This document shows positions 1 through 18,377 of a stretch of DNA of 64,000 bases, piece after piece; the stretch's first letter is position 1, and every line of letters starts with the position of its first letter. This stretch comes from the human T2T-CHM13v2.0 reference genome, Homo sapiens. A program made the position numbers and the translations under genes. The notes under the pieces are model-generated. The model made no database searches and was not told the origin of the DNA. It was given only the letters and a program-made list of their open reading frames with translations. The stretch lies in assembly GCF_009914755.1 (NCBI RefSeq), contig NC_060925.1. The stretch is one strand, 5' to 3'.

Positions 1-210
1 AAGATTATTCCAGGTGGAGAGAACTGCAAGACCTTGTGGCAAGAAGGGGCTCAGCATGACTGACAAATAGCAAGAAGGTAAGAGTGGCTAAAGTAGTGTA
101 AAAAAGGGGTAGAAAATGAGGCAGATGAGGTGTTTGGGTGTTAGATGGATATATGGCCTTCCATGTCATGATAAGGGTTTTGGATCTTATCATAAGTGTG
201 ATGGGAAGTG
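1..210 (-). mobile_element. L2 fragment
   Basis: ggccttccatgtcatgataagggttttggatcttatcataagtgtgatgggaag resembles L2. Confidence 0.6.
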
Positions 211-1882
211 AGTAACACCAAAAATGTCCTTGAAAATGTAATTTAAATTTTATATTATGTTTTGTATAATATTTTAAAAGTGGGAGTTGTTAAGAGATTA
301 TGACCTCATTTAGAATTTAAATGACTTCATACGTCATATTTTCTCATTTATTTTGAACTTAAGTTACTTCATAAAAATCAAGCTTTTTTATTTTTAAAAC
401 ATGTACAAGATGACATATTAGGATAAGCAACGTAATGATTACAAATGACATAATCTCATACAGAATTCTGGACAAAATTCTGTTTCGAGACTTCTATATG
501 TGAGATATATATATTACAGCACATATGAAACATGTATGTGCAGTCTGATGAATAACTAGAGTGAATCAGTGTAACCACTATGTAGGTCAAAAAACAGAAC
601 ATTGCCAGCACCTCTGAAACCCTTGCTATCTGACTTTTTAAAAAAGAGCTTACTTAGGACTATAATCTGTGATAATTATCTACTTAAATGCCAACTGAAA
701 TCATGTGACCAATCTTTTTATGGGCAAAAGGAATGTCCCCTTAAGTCCATACTTAATTTCAATATGGAAATTGAGTACATATCAACTTAAAATCTATTCA
801 CATTTCAGTATAGGGATGTACAATCTCTAAGGCATTTATTTTTAATTAAAAAGATATATCATGCATATAAAAATAGAACTATGAAACTTAAAGTGTATAC
901 ATTTTCATACATTTTAGGGAAAGAGAACCTAATAGTAACAGCTTTAGGATAAAAAGCATTTGATTAAAGTAAAATTAAAGACATTCAAAACTTTAAGATC
1001 TCATTATGTGTTACATTATAACAAATCAGGTAAAATGAGACTTCTTTTTTCTGGGTAGCTTCTAGTATATGCTTAGCACTCATTAAATGTTAAACAATAA
1101 AATGTGAATTAGGCTAATCACAGTATATCTAAAGGACACACTATTAAATTTGAGCCTATTTAAAATTTTAATTATAAAACTACATGTCACTGATTCATAA
1201 CCTTTCTCAAAAAAAAAAAACCCCACGGAATCGAGATTTGTGTTTTTAAATCAATATTTTAGCAATGAACTACCAGAGGACAACAAATATGTATGGTCAA
1301 AATTAAAATTAAACTAATAATATTTTAAAATAAAGAATTTCATCTTAAAATTAGATTTTTCTCTATGGAAAAATTCTACAAACCTTTTGTAAATACATTT
1401 GAAATAGTCAAGAAAAAGAAGGGAATGAAATATAATAAATAAAGATAAGCTATATAAAGATATACTAAATGTGGGTAAAACTCAATGGAAACCATGGATA
1501 AAAATAACATTTAGAAGTATCACTCTTAAGTTGTAGTGCAGCAGCACCTGAATTATGCTCCCTTTAATTTATGCACATGATGGATAGCTTGTTAAGGGGC
1601 ATATCTGTAACCATTATAATTGATAGTAGCTGAAGGCAAGTCAGGCCATAATTTCTATTTAATGGATGGGATAGTAAGGGAACAAAGCCTGCAGTTGCAT
1701 TTTAAAATAAGTGCCAAAAGTTCACATTTATGTCCAAAGTAATACCTATATTAAGGTATTAAATTATTTGAGAGAAGAGAAAAATCAGCTGTAGCAAGAT
1801 CCATACATAATTAAATCACAATTTTGATTTGGCCAATAACTAGAAAAACCTTACAATAAGTAGAAAAGAATGTTCAACTAAC

Positions 1883-2018
1883 CATTTGATAGTCCATTTC
1901 TGTGCTTTTGCTCTTCAGAACTTGTGGGAGAAGCAAATAGACTCATTTGACAAGTTCCAGTTGTTGGAGAATAAGTTATAACACTTTTCTTCCTTGTGAT
2001 TTTTGAAGGATCAAATGA
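1883..2018 (-). CDS. ITGB3BP: ITGB3BP (CENP-R/NRIF3) coding exon 3, SFDPSKITRKKSVITYSPTTGTCQMSLFASPTSSEEQKHRNGLSN
   Basis: Minus-strand 136-nt exon with acceptor ...atttccAG|TCA and donor AATG|GTTAGT. Translation matches recalled CENP-R; in phase with exon 2. Confidence 0.96.
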
Positions 2019-3985
2019 CTGGAAATAAATAATAATTAAGGACAGAAATAGCTATGTTTAGTTATAGATCTTTGAAATTATATACCATTAAAAAATCAGC
2101 AAAATTCAAACTTGTTTCCTTGCTCTTGCTTTTCAGATTACAAATATACTCAACTATCACTCTCAAAGTAAACACTATTCTTTCAAGGTAGATATTTCAG
2201 GTCTCTATAATAACTAGAACATCTCAATTTGATATTTACTAAATTTTAGCATTAAAGGGTTACTACCTTCTGAGATGGTATTTCCAAACAGGTTAGAGAT
2301 GGCCAACTCTCCCAACCATACCCTGACTTTTGCTTTCAGCTGAACTTGAAGTATAATTATGGGGCCAGGGCAGGAAAACTCTCAGAGGTGCCTATTACTA
2401 AGCCTCACACAGAAACCTTAGGAAGGATCACTGCTGTCCTACAGCTTCACAAAGTGGTCTGATGTAGCATCTTGCTTCAATAATCACCAAAATAATGTCC
2501 AAACAGTTGAGTCAGGCATTTAAGGCCTTTGAGGATTTGGCCTGTCTTACAAATTTCCTCTTAGCAGCTTCCTCCTTTGTGTTTCCATAGGTGTTGGGCA
2601 TACCTCTTATTTCAGGTAACATATTTTAATAAGTTCTGTCTGTTCCATTAGAATTTGCTCCTGAAAATAAATATTATCTTTTCATCTTTATATCCTAGAG
2701 AACTAAAAAATGTGTGAGGAACGAATGACTTACAAGGAACAGTCCAGTAAATTTGGCCATCTTGCTCTACTCAGAATATACTAATTTGTTCACTGGTTCA
2801 TACATCCAATTATTCACTGTTACCTACAGCTTCAGTCACTAGGCTATGTGCATTTGGGCCTCAGATCATTTCGTGATCTCAGCTTGGAACATCCTCTTTT
2901 TTATCTTCCCCAAGACCTAGACTTTCCTTAGTTTAGGTCCTCATTCATGATCCCCTTCCTTCAAACATCCATTATCATACTATTAATTGTTCCCTTTCCT
3001 GAATTCCCTTAAAACTTGCTTTCCATAAGCTTACTGATCACCCACCAGCACTGCTAAATGTGTACTAATGTGTACAAAGAAATATAACAAATTGCTCTGG
3101 CCTTAAGGAGTATCTACCAAAAGTTAGAAGAACAACAAAGAGGTTTTAAATTAGTATGCATGCTACGAAATTCAGAGAAGAGGAAAAATTCAAAGTTGGC
3201 TGCAGTAGTCTGTCACAGAAAAAGGCATGAGAAATCTGAAATAAGAGGTGGAACAGACAGCATAGGATGGATCTGGGGGATATAGGAAAGGTCTGATGGC
3301 TCATACATTGCCAACATACTGGATATAGCTTGGTAGAGGATTTGAAATAGTTCCTTAACTCTGCCTGGTCAACTATCCTTTATTTTTAAGAGACCTATGG
3401 AAGAAATAGTGGCTGTGTCATCTTTTTTAGTAATCTTAATATTAGTTCCAGAATCTATAGCATTCAAAAAAAATTTTTTTACAGTTAAGATTTTAAATAT
3501 TAGGAAACAATATTTAATTATATTGAGAAATGAAAGGCATTGTTTATTTTATGTATCCATAGTGGCCACAAATGCGATGAATATCTTTTAAAAAATCAAA
3601 CTATAATATCAAGTTATAACTCTAAAGCAATCTTTTTTTTTGTACAGTGAAAGGGTTTTAAGTCTCTTTATCGGGTGGTTATTATTACCTCTCCATCTTG
3701 AGTTTTTACCTGTTTGTATGTATTCACAGTCATAAACTATGACATTTATCCAATCCCTACTCTACTTTTCCAAGAATTTATTGCCCAGAACTACTTCACT
3801 GTGTATGTACAAGGAATGAAAGTCACTACCCTAATGTACATCTATATCTATCTGTTTTTCTATTTTCACCAAAAAATTATTTTATCCAATTGCCATATGT
3901 CTAAACATTTTAACTGTAGATCATACATTTCTCCTTGGAAACAATTTTCCAGCTTTCAGAAAATAACTCTGTGAGTGTGCATGTG

Positions 3986-3988
<3 letters not shown>

Positions 3989-4018
<30 letters not shown>
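3989..4018 (+). repeat. (TG)15 microsatellite
   Basis: Read directly. Confidence 0.95.
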
Positions 4019-4021
<3 letters not shown>

Positions 4022-4624
4022 TTTTGCCTCACTTTAAAAATACTGAGGCTTCTCTCTTTTTTTATTTTTTTGGTCATTTGTGTTGGTTAAAAAGAAAAAT
4101 GTCTATCTACAACTACTATACACAGAAGGAAAATTGAAAAGCTACCCTTTCCCTACTATACCACTAAATATTCTTCAGTAAATACGCACTTTTGTTTATC
4201 TTCCCTACTGGTACACACAAAGGCATAACCCTACTTCCCTAAGTTTTCTTTCCCTCAAGGTTGTACCAAGTTCCTCTAACTTTTAATCTCTGAAGAGGTT
4301 TAAAAGTAATCCTAGAATCCATCTGAGAATTTCCATTCTGCCAACTCCCAAACTTTGAAGATCTTGGCCTACTCATTAGTCTCCCACAAAAGGAAGAATT
4401 AAGAATACTGGGATTTGAGAGAAGACTGAGCTACTAACTGAGAAGTCAGCAATCCTTCCATTCAGCAAGGATGAGTGCTACCTATGAGCCCTTTAGAAAA
4501 ACAGGAAGAAAGAGTAAGAGGGCTAGATTTGGCTAGAAAAAAGCAAGGACTCAGGATGTAACAAAATAAAACAAAACAAAACAAAACAAAAAACAAAAAG
4601 AAAGAAAGAAAGAGAGCGATGTCA

Positions 4625-4867
4625 GCTGGGCAGGGCATTTCATGCCTGTTATCCCAGCACTTTGGGAAGCCAAGGTGGGAGGATTGCTTGAGCTCAGGAG
4701 TTTGAAACCAGCCTGAGCAACATGACAAAACCCCGTCTCCACAAAAAGTACCAAAAAATTAGCTGGGCATAGTGGTGCATGCCTGTGGTCCCAGCTACTC
4801 TGGAGGCTGAGGTGGGAAGATCACTTAAACCCAGGAAGTTGAGGCTGTAGTGAGCTGTGGATCACAC
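4625..4867 (+). mobile_element. AluJ-like, 3' end replaced by (CA)n(CG)n
   Basis: Dimeric Alu with J-type gaggattgcttgagc, ending at gatcacaccac. Confidence 0.85.
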
Positions 4868-4901
4868 CACACACACACACACACACACACGCGCGCGCGC
4901 A
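4868..4901 (+). repeat. Compound (CA)11-C-(GC)5 alternating purine-pyrimidine tract
   Basis: Read directly. Confidence 0.92.
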
Positions 4902-4949
4902 AGAAAATAGATGTCACAACCACTTCTATAATAATTTACAACTGCTGGC

Positions 4950-5250
4950 AGCTCATGCCTGTAATCCCAGCACTTTGGGAGGCCAAGGTGGGTAAATCAC
5001 TTGAGGCCGAGTAGGAGACCAGCCTGGCAACATGGAGAAACCCTGTCTCTACTAAAAATACAAAAATTAGCCAGGCATGGTGGCGCGCCTGTTGTCCTAG
5101 CTACTCAGGAGGCTGAGGCACGAGAATCACTTGGACCCAGGAGGCAGAGGTTGCAGTGAGCCAAGATCACGCCACCGCACTCTAGCCTGGGCGACACAGG
5201 GAGATTCTGTCTCAAAAAACAAACAAACAAACAAACAAACAAACAAACAA
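4950..5250 (+). mobile_element. AluS with (CAAA)n tail
   Basis: Alu consensus match. Confidence 0.9.
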
Positions 5251-5945
5251 ACCAACCTGCTTGTAATAATTCCTGACTCCTTAGAGTTATTTAACACCAT
5301 TTCTAAACAAAAGAAATGCCACATTCTAAGATGCTGCAATCAGCCCCACCCAAATGCTACTGTACTTTTTATAAGGAGGTCTAATCTTGTACATTAGCAA
5401 AACTAAAATTTGGGCATCGATTTTTCTGCCTGAAAAAAAAATCAATGTTCTCTCAATAATTTCAAATAGATATGATATTTTCCTTTCCTTCCTTCAATTT
5501 CTTTCACAAATTGTAGCTTACTTTGTCACCTTGTTTAAAGCATACACTACCAAAAAAGTGCCTACATTTTACTGATTTTTTTAAACCTATTATAAACAGT
5601 CTAGAGAGTACTAACTAAAAATTCTTGCAGGATAAAATATGGGATTTAAAGGATACTTTATCACTATTTTGAACTGTCAGCCTATGCTAAAATATTTATA
5701 ATACAGATACTGTAGTGTCTGGTCAACTAGAAACAAAAGGGCAGCTAGAAGGAGATAATTCTTCATAAACTTATGCTGGTTATTTAGGCTATTGGAGTGT
5801 CCCACCTAAGATATAATTAATATGCATTACTAGTACTAATTATGAAATTTACATTAGAAAACTCTAGCATTAGCTGCCTCAGAGACGTTTCACAATTTGG
5901 GCCTAAGGTGCCTAGAAGAGTACTAGATACCAACCAACAACCTTC

Positions 5946-6218
5946 TTTTTTTTTTTGACACAGAGTCTTGCTGGGTCTTCCGGACTGGAGTGCAGTGGCA
6001 CGGTCTTGGCTCACTGCAACCTCTGCCTCCCGGGTTCAAGTGAAGTAGCTGGGATTACAGGCACCCACCACCACGTCCGGCTAATTTGTGTATTTTTAGT
6101 AGAGACAAGGTTTCACTATGTTCACCAGGTTGGTCTCCAACTCCTGACCTCAAATGATCTGCCCGCCTTGGCTTCCCAAAGTGCTGGGATTATAGGTGTG
6201 AGATACCACAACCAACCC
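5946..6218 (-). mobile_element. AluS with internal deletion
   Basis: Poly-T then antisense Alu. Confidence 0.88.
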
Positions 6219-6611
6219 CAACTACCTTCTTATCAGCTACTACAATTATCAACCTTAATGGTTCTAAAAATCTTGGGGTTTTGTTTTTATGGTAGCCATG
6301 GAGAACAGAAACATTTTGAACTTATCTTAGTGATCTTACAGGGATAGCAAGGAAAGAATATGACCAATATATTAGAGCTATGATACTGAATTATACATTT
6401 GCTAAAACTCATCGAATTATACACTCGAGATCTTTGAAATTAATAATATGCAAATTTCACCCTGACAAGAAAAATAAAATACTGGCTAAAAACGTTGATG
6501 CACTGGTTTTTCTATTTGTAGTAATTATTTTTTCACAATTTAAAGATATTAAGATATTAATTTTAATAATAAAAGTATCATTACTGTCATTCTCTTACAC
6601 TGTAATTTTGT

Positions 6612-6902
6612 TTTCCTAAGAGACAAAGTCTTTCTCTGTCGCCTAGACTGAAGTGCAGTGGCACTATCACAGCTCACTGCAGCCTTGAACTCCTGGGCTC
6701 AAGTGATCCTCCCACTTTACCCACCTGAGTAGCTGAGACTATAGGCACGCACTACCATGCCAGCTTATTTAACAAACAAAATTTTTTTAGAGACAGGGTC
6801 TTACTACATTGCCCAAGCTTGTCCCAAATTGCTAGCCTCAAGCAATTCTCCCACCTCAGCCTCCCCCAAAGCTGGGATTACAGCCAGAAGCCACCATGCA
6901 GG
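6612..6902 (-). mobile_element. AluJ
   Basis: ctcactgcagccttgaactcctgggctcaagtgatcc. Confidence 0.85.
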
Positions 6903-7893
6903 CTTCTAGAGACTTTATGGTTTGGCTTTACTTTAGGCCTATGATCCTTCTTGGAATAAATTTTGTAAATAAAGTGAGATATGAAGTGCATATGAATTTT
7001 GTATATGAAGTGAATTTTTTTCTAGATGGTTACCATTTATTAAAGACTTTCTTTTTCCCCAATGAATTGACCCAGTATTTTAAAACGTTTAACAAATTTA
7101 GTCAACTGCTAAAGATAATATAAAAATATGAACCAAAAACAGTATTAGAAATAAGATTTTCCAAAGAGAATGAAGAATCATGAAGTCTTTAAACAATTAC
7201 ACTAAAGGAAAGATAGCTGTGGTATATGGAAGGAACCGCAGACTTAACATTGGAAAGCCTGGGCTCACATAATGGTTTTGCTGCTCCCCAGCTATGCTAT
7301 CATGGACACACCACTCATCTGAATTTCAGTTTCCTCACTTAACTAATATATTCCCTCACTCAACTAGCAAAGAGCAAAGAAAGTAGGATGGGGCAGGTAG
7401 GGGGCAGCTGGCACTGCCATGTATCTCAGGCCAGGATCCATGGCAATCACTCTCTCTTCCCTTGTGGAGGAAGGTGGGGGTGGGGGTGAAGGCAAATTAA
7501 TTCTAACCATGCTATTCAAGCAAAAAAAGTGAGGGCTTTTGTGGAAAATCTCCCTAGAACCAGGATGCTTTATCTTAGGCTCCACTCTAGGCAACCCCTT
7601 TTCCTTTTAAACAAGGATATATAATAATATTTCCTATACCAGAATGAAAAGATTCAGCATGAAACCAGATTCATGGACCCAACCAAGAAGCCACAACATT
7701 CTGTGGGAGGGAATCTCTCAGGTAGATTAGGGCAGGGCTTTTCCATGTGTCTACTCATAACCCATTCTTGAGATAGGGAGCCGGGAACTATTCCAAGCAA
7801 CGGGTATGATTATGGGCAAAAGGGGCAGTTGAGGAAACAGCTGCAGATTTGCAACTCCTAAGCTTACTCCTACTTCATTCTGGGCCACTACAA

Positions 7894-8190
7894 TTTTTTT
7901 TTTTTTTTTGAGACACAGTCTGGCTCTGTTACCCAGGCGGGAGTGCAGTGGTGCGATCACGGCTCACTGCAACGTCCGCCTCCTGGGCTCAAGTGACCCT
8001 CCCACCTTAGCCTCCTGAGTAATTGGGACGACAGGTGCGCACCACCATGCCTGGCTAATTTTTTGTACTTTTGGTAGAGACAGGATTTTGTGATGTTGCC
8101 AGGCTGATCTCAAACTCCTGAGCTCAAGCAATCTGCCAGCCTCAGCCTCCCAAAGTGCTGGGATTACAGGTGTGAGCCACTGCACCTGGC
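7894..8190 (-). mobile_element. AluJ
   Basis: Poly-T then antisense Alu. Confidence 0.88.
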
Positions 8191-8956
8191 ACTATAATTT
8201 GCTCCTTTGAACAACTGTACCTTGGTTCTTACTTTCTCCAGCAGGCCAACTGAACTTGATGTGTGCAAATGATGTATCTTGTGAATTTTAACTTTTTTCC
8301 TTAATAAAAATATTTTTATATATTTTAATCTAAGGTCCTTATTTTTATACTTTGTTGTGAGGTACACAGGCAACCTCAGGGATAATTTGACAGCTGCTCC
8401 AGGTCTGCAAAGCAGGAATACTTTTTGTTGTTGTTAAATTATCACCACAAAAAACAGCTACTTGGAGTATACAGCCTATTGGACTATCTCATTTATGTCA
8501 ATAAGGGCTGGCTTTTCTACTGCAATGTCTTCTTAAAGCTCCTCCAGCTTGATAATGTTTCTTGGGATACTTGGTTTTAGTTGATTTGTCCCATGACTTG
8601 ATCTCATTTTACTGGAAGATTGGACATGAGTATGAATAGGAAGGTGGTGCTGAAAGGTTAGAGCCTGGGCCAGGTGAAAGGCCTAGAGAGGAACAAGGTT
8701 AGATGAAGTTGTCTACATATGCAATAAAGGATTCCTATTCCAAGTCTCTAATCCTAGAGTACTAGACTTGCTTCACACACCAGATCTATCCTTCACTGAG
8801 ATTAAACTAAATCTACCATGCACATTAAGATGTGTGTGTGTGTGTGTCTGAAAGTATGAGCTGGTAAGCATAGGTTTTTTAAATGAAATGCCTGTACCCA
8901 TCTGTGTTGCCCAGGAATAAATGTATGAAGCAAAGACAAAAATTCTTAATTTTTCT

Positions 8957-9127
8957 AGCCAGGTGTGGTGGCATGTGCCTGCAGTCCTAGCTACTCGGGA
9001 GGTTGAGTTGGGAGGATCACTTGAGTCGAGGAGTTCGAGGCTGCAGTGAAACATGATTATACCACTGCACACCAGTTTGGATGACAGAATGAGATCCCTA
9101 TTCTAAAAAAATAAAATAAAACAAAAA
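8957..9127 (+). mobile_element. Alu right monomer (FRAM/AluJ)
   Basis: Monomeric Alu with A-tail. Confidence 0.8.
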
Positions 9128-10957
9128 ATCCTTAACTTTTGAACATTCTGGACTTAGAGACCTAGACCCATTACCAAGGGCTTTTGTTAATAGTATCTGG
9201 AGCCACTGTCCTGCATTGTTGCAGTAGTGATTGTAGAGTCATAGTAGCTAAAGAGAAAGGGAGTTTCATTTACCTGTCGTAAAAGCACTATAAACTTACA
9301 TCCCTTTGTTCAAACAGGGCAAATAGAATGTATTGGGTGACATGTGTCTCATCCTGGGGGGGAGACTAAGAAAAGGAAGATAAATGTATCTAAGTCACTC
9401 AGGAGCTTTTATATAGGTGCAAAAAATGTATGTCAAAGTGGCCACAAGACAAGAGAAGGACAAATGCAGCTCGATGTTTACTGATAGAAACTAAAGCTTT
9501 GTGCAAAAGTCTGAATTCATGAAGAGGGAAGGACAGAAGGTAGGCTGAGTGTGTACCTGTCTGTTCTTTTCTTGATCCCTTCCCCGTCTTCCTGAACTGC
9601 AGGAGACTGAGCTCCCTTGGACTCTGATGACTTTATCACTGGGGTGTGTTTATTTGATGGTCAATTTGCTGTACTGGGCACTTCTTTTCTGTTGCACTAT
9701 TGTAACACATGCTTTTCCTTTCCCCCTCTTTTTCTTTTTTCCAAGAAAATACAATGAATAAATACTTATTGGTATTGGGGAAAAAAACAAAAAACAAAAA
9801 AAGATATACAATTATAAACATAAACATATCTAACAGGAGAGGCCCAAAATACATAAAACAAAAACTGGCAGAATTGGAAGGGAGAGATTGAAAATTCAAC
9901 TATAATAGTTGGAAACTTCAATTCCCCGCATTCAATAATGAATAGAAAACCTAGATAGAAAATCAGCAAGGAAACAGAAAATTTGAATAAAACTATATAC
10001 CAACTAGATTTAACAGACATCTATAGAAACCTCCCCCAACAACAGCAGAATACACATTCTTCTCAAGTGCACATAAAACATTTGGCAGGATAACAACATG
10101 TTGGGCCACAAAACAGGTCTCAACACATTTAAAAAGAGGAAAATAATACAATGTTCTCATAAAGAATGTTCTCTGGTCACATAGAATGACAATAAAAATA
10201 ACAGAAGAAAACTTAGAAAATACACAAATATGTGTAAATCAAACAACATACTGCTAAATAACCAATGGGTCAAAGAAGGAATTTTTTTAAAACTTTAAAA
10301 ACACATTAAGAACAAAACGCAACAAAACATAGAAAAACTTAATGGGATGTAGTGAAAGTGGTACTCAGAGGGAAATTTATAGCTGCAAATAACTATGTTA
10401 AAAGAGACAGCTCTCATATCAATAACCTAAGCTTCTACTTTAAGACACCAGAAAAAGAAAAGCAAACTAAACCCAAGGCAAGCAGAAGGAAAAAAAAAAA
10501 GACAATTAAAGAGAAAACAAATGAAATGGAGAAAAAACAACAGATATTAGTGGTGGTGATTCCAATAGTCAGTATTTTGAGAAGATCAACAAAATTGGTA
10601 AATCTTCAGCTAGACTGATGAAGGAAGGAAGAAAAGGAGGGAGGGAGGGTGGAAGGAAGGAAGGGATGGGGAGTCAAATTATAAAATCAGGAATGAAAAA
10701 GGGATGTTACTACTGGCCTTGCAGAAATAAAAGAAATCATAAAGGGCTACTATGACCAACTGCATGCTAACAAATTAGATAATCTAGATGAAATAGGCAA
10801 ATTTCCAGAAACACATAACATACCAGGATTGAATTATGGAGAACAGGAAAATCTTAATAAATCAACAGCATGTAAAGACATAAGAGTTAATATTCAAAAA
10901 ATTTACAACAAAGAAAAGCCCAGGACCAGGTAGCTTCACAAGTGAATTCCACTAGCG

Positions 10958-11249
10958 TTTTTTTTTTTTTTTTTCTTGAGATGTAGTTTCACTCTTGTTG
11001 CCCAGGCTGGAGGGCAATGGCGCGATCTCGGCTCACCACAACCTCCGTATCCCGGGTTCAAGCAATTCTCCTGCCTCAGCTGGGATTACAGGCATGTGCC
11101 ACCATGCCTGGCTAATTTTGTATTTTTTAGTAGAGAAGGGGGTTTCTCCATGTTGGTCAGGCTGGTCTCGAACTCCCGGCCTCAGGTGATCCACCTGCCT
11201 GGGCCTCCCAAAGTGCTGGGATTACAGGTGTGAGCCACTGCGCCCAGCC
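10958..11249 (-). mobile_element. AluSp/Sq-like inside L1M
   Basis: tttcactcttgttgcccaggctgg diagnostic. Confidence 0.88.
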
Positions 11250-11872
11250 TTTCTACTAATATTTAAAGAAGTGACACCAAGTATTCTCAAACTCTCCAAA
11301 AATATGAGGAAACACTTCCTAATTCTTTGAAGCCAGTATTATCCTGATACCAGAACATTACAGACCCAAATCACTTATAAATACAGATGTAAAAATCCTG
11401 GCAAATTGAAATCAGCAGCATAAAAGAATTATATGTCATAGCCAAGCAGAATTTATGCAAGGAAAGCAAGGTTGGTTCAACATACAAATATCAATCAATG
11501 TAATACACTATATTAAGAGAATAAAAGAAAAAAGCACACATGATCATCTCAATTATGCAGGAAAAGTAACTGACAAAAATCTAACATCCTTTCATGATAA
11601 AAACACTCAACAGACTAGGAATAGAACAGAATTTTCTCAATCTGATAAAAGACATGTATGAAAAACTCAGAGCTAACATCATACTTAATGATGAAAGACT
11701 GGATTCTTTCCCTCTAAGATCAGGTACAAGAAAAGAATGTCTGCTCTTGCCACTTCTACTTAATATTTTTCAGGAGGTTCTGGCCAAAGCAATGGGCATG
11801 AAAAAGAAATAAAAGGCGTAGATTGCAAAAGAAGAAGTAAAACTATCCCTACTTGCAGATGACCTGATCTTA

Positions 11873-12293
<421 letters not shown>

Positions 12294-13380
12294 CTAATCT
12301 AAAAATGAAATTATAAAGCAATTCCATTAATAGCATAAAAAGAATAAAATACTTAGGAATAAATTTAATCAGAAAACTATAAGACTTGTATACTGAAAAC
12401 TATGAAACATTATTGAAAGATAATAAGCGAGATCTAAATAAACAGAAATATATCTCACATTCATGGTTTGGATGACTTACTATTATTGTTAAGATTGCAA
12501 ATTTCCCAACTGAATCTGCAAATTTGATGTAATCCTTATCAAAATTCCAATGCCTTTTTTTTTCCAGAAGTGGACTAACTGATCCCAAAATTCATATGGA
12601 ATTACAAAGGATACAGAATAGCCAAATCAATCTTGAAAAAGAACAACAAAGTTGAAGGACTCATACTTCCTGATTTCAAACTTACAATCAAAACGTTTTT
12701 TAATCTTAGAAACTTACAGTAATGAAGACCGCATGGTAGTGGCATAAACACATATATATAGATAGACAAATGGAATTTATCTGGGAATTCTGAAATAAAT
12801 CCATACATTTATGATCACTTGATTTTTAACAAAGGTGCCAAGGCTGTTCAATAAAGGAAAAAATAGTCGTTTCAGCAAATGGTAGGGACTAGATTCATTT
12901 TTTTACATGTGGATATCTGTTTCAGTAACTGGTTATACACATGCAAAATAATGAATCCAGTCCCTACCTTGAACCATGTACAAAAATTAACTCAAAATGG
13001 AAGACCTAAATGAAAGAGTTAATACTATAAAACTCTTAGAAACGTAGATAAAAACCTGTGTTTCCATGGGTTACATGTTTCTCGGATATGACATCAAAAG
13101 GACAATCAAAGAAAGAAACAGGTAAATTGAATCTTGAAAATGTTATGCTAAATGAAAGAAGCCAGACACAAAATTATGAGACTCCATTTACATGAAATGT
13201 TCAGAAGAAGATCTACACAGACAGAAAGTAGATTAGTGGTTTCCAGGGGGAGGGGGAGAGGAGGAAATTGAGACTAACTGCTAATAGGTATGGGGTTTCC
13301 TTTTGGGGTGAGAGAAATGTTCTAGGATTGGAGAGATTAAGTTAGGCAATGGGAATAATCTGACTTAGAAGTGTCTTACT

Positions 13381-13834
<454 letters not shown>

Positions 13835-14181
13835 CTATTCTCTCTCTGAAGTGGCCTGAAAAAGACTGGGTCAAGCTGGCTTGGTATATGGCCAGGTAGC
13901 CAGTTGTCCATATAAATTCATCTGGACTGCCATCGGCAACAGTTTGTAATATATAATTCATCTTCATTCCTGAAAATCTACCTAGGAACAATGCTTGGAG
14001 AGCAACAACTCAAGCAGGCCAAATACAGTAGATGATTATAAATTGGAACTTTCTTCACCTCCTTACAACACCCAACAATTTGTGAGGTTTAGCAAATTGT
14101 GGTACTGGCAGTACACATCCCGTATATTATAGGAAGAACACAGGGTATGGTCCATATCTCTGCTTCCTTCATTAGAAGAGG

Positions 14182-14314
14182 TATATTAGTCTGTTTTCAT
14201 GCTGCTGATAAAGACATACCTGAGACTGGGAGGAAAAAGAGGTTTAATTGCACTTACAGTTCCACAAGGCTGGGAAGGCCTCAGAATCATGGCGGGAGGC
14301 AAAAGGCACTTCTT
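14182..14314 (-). mobile_element. THE1A-like MaLR solo LTR, 3' part (split by the L1PA)
   Basis: tattagtctgttttcatgctgctgataaagacatacctgagactggg is the reverse complement of the THE1 3' end. Confidence 0.85.
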
Positions 14315-18377
<4,063 letters not shown>

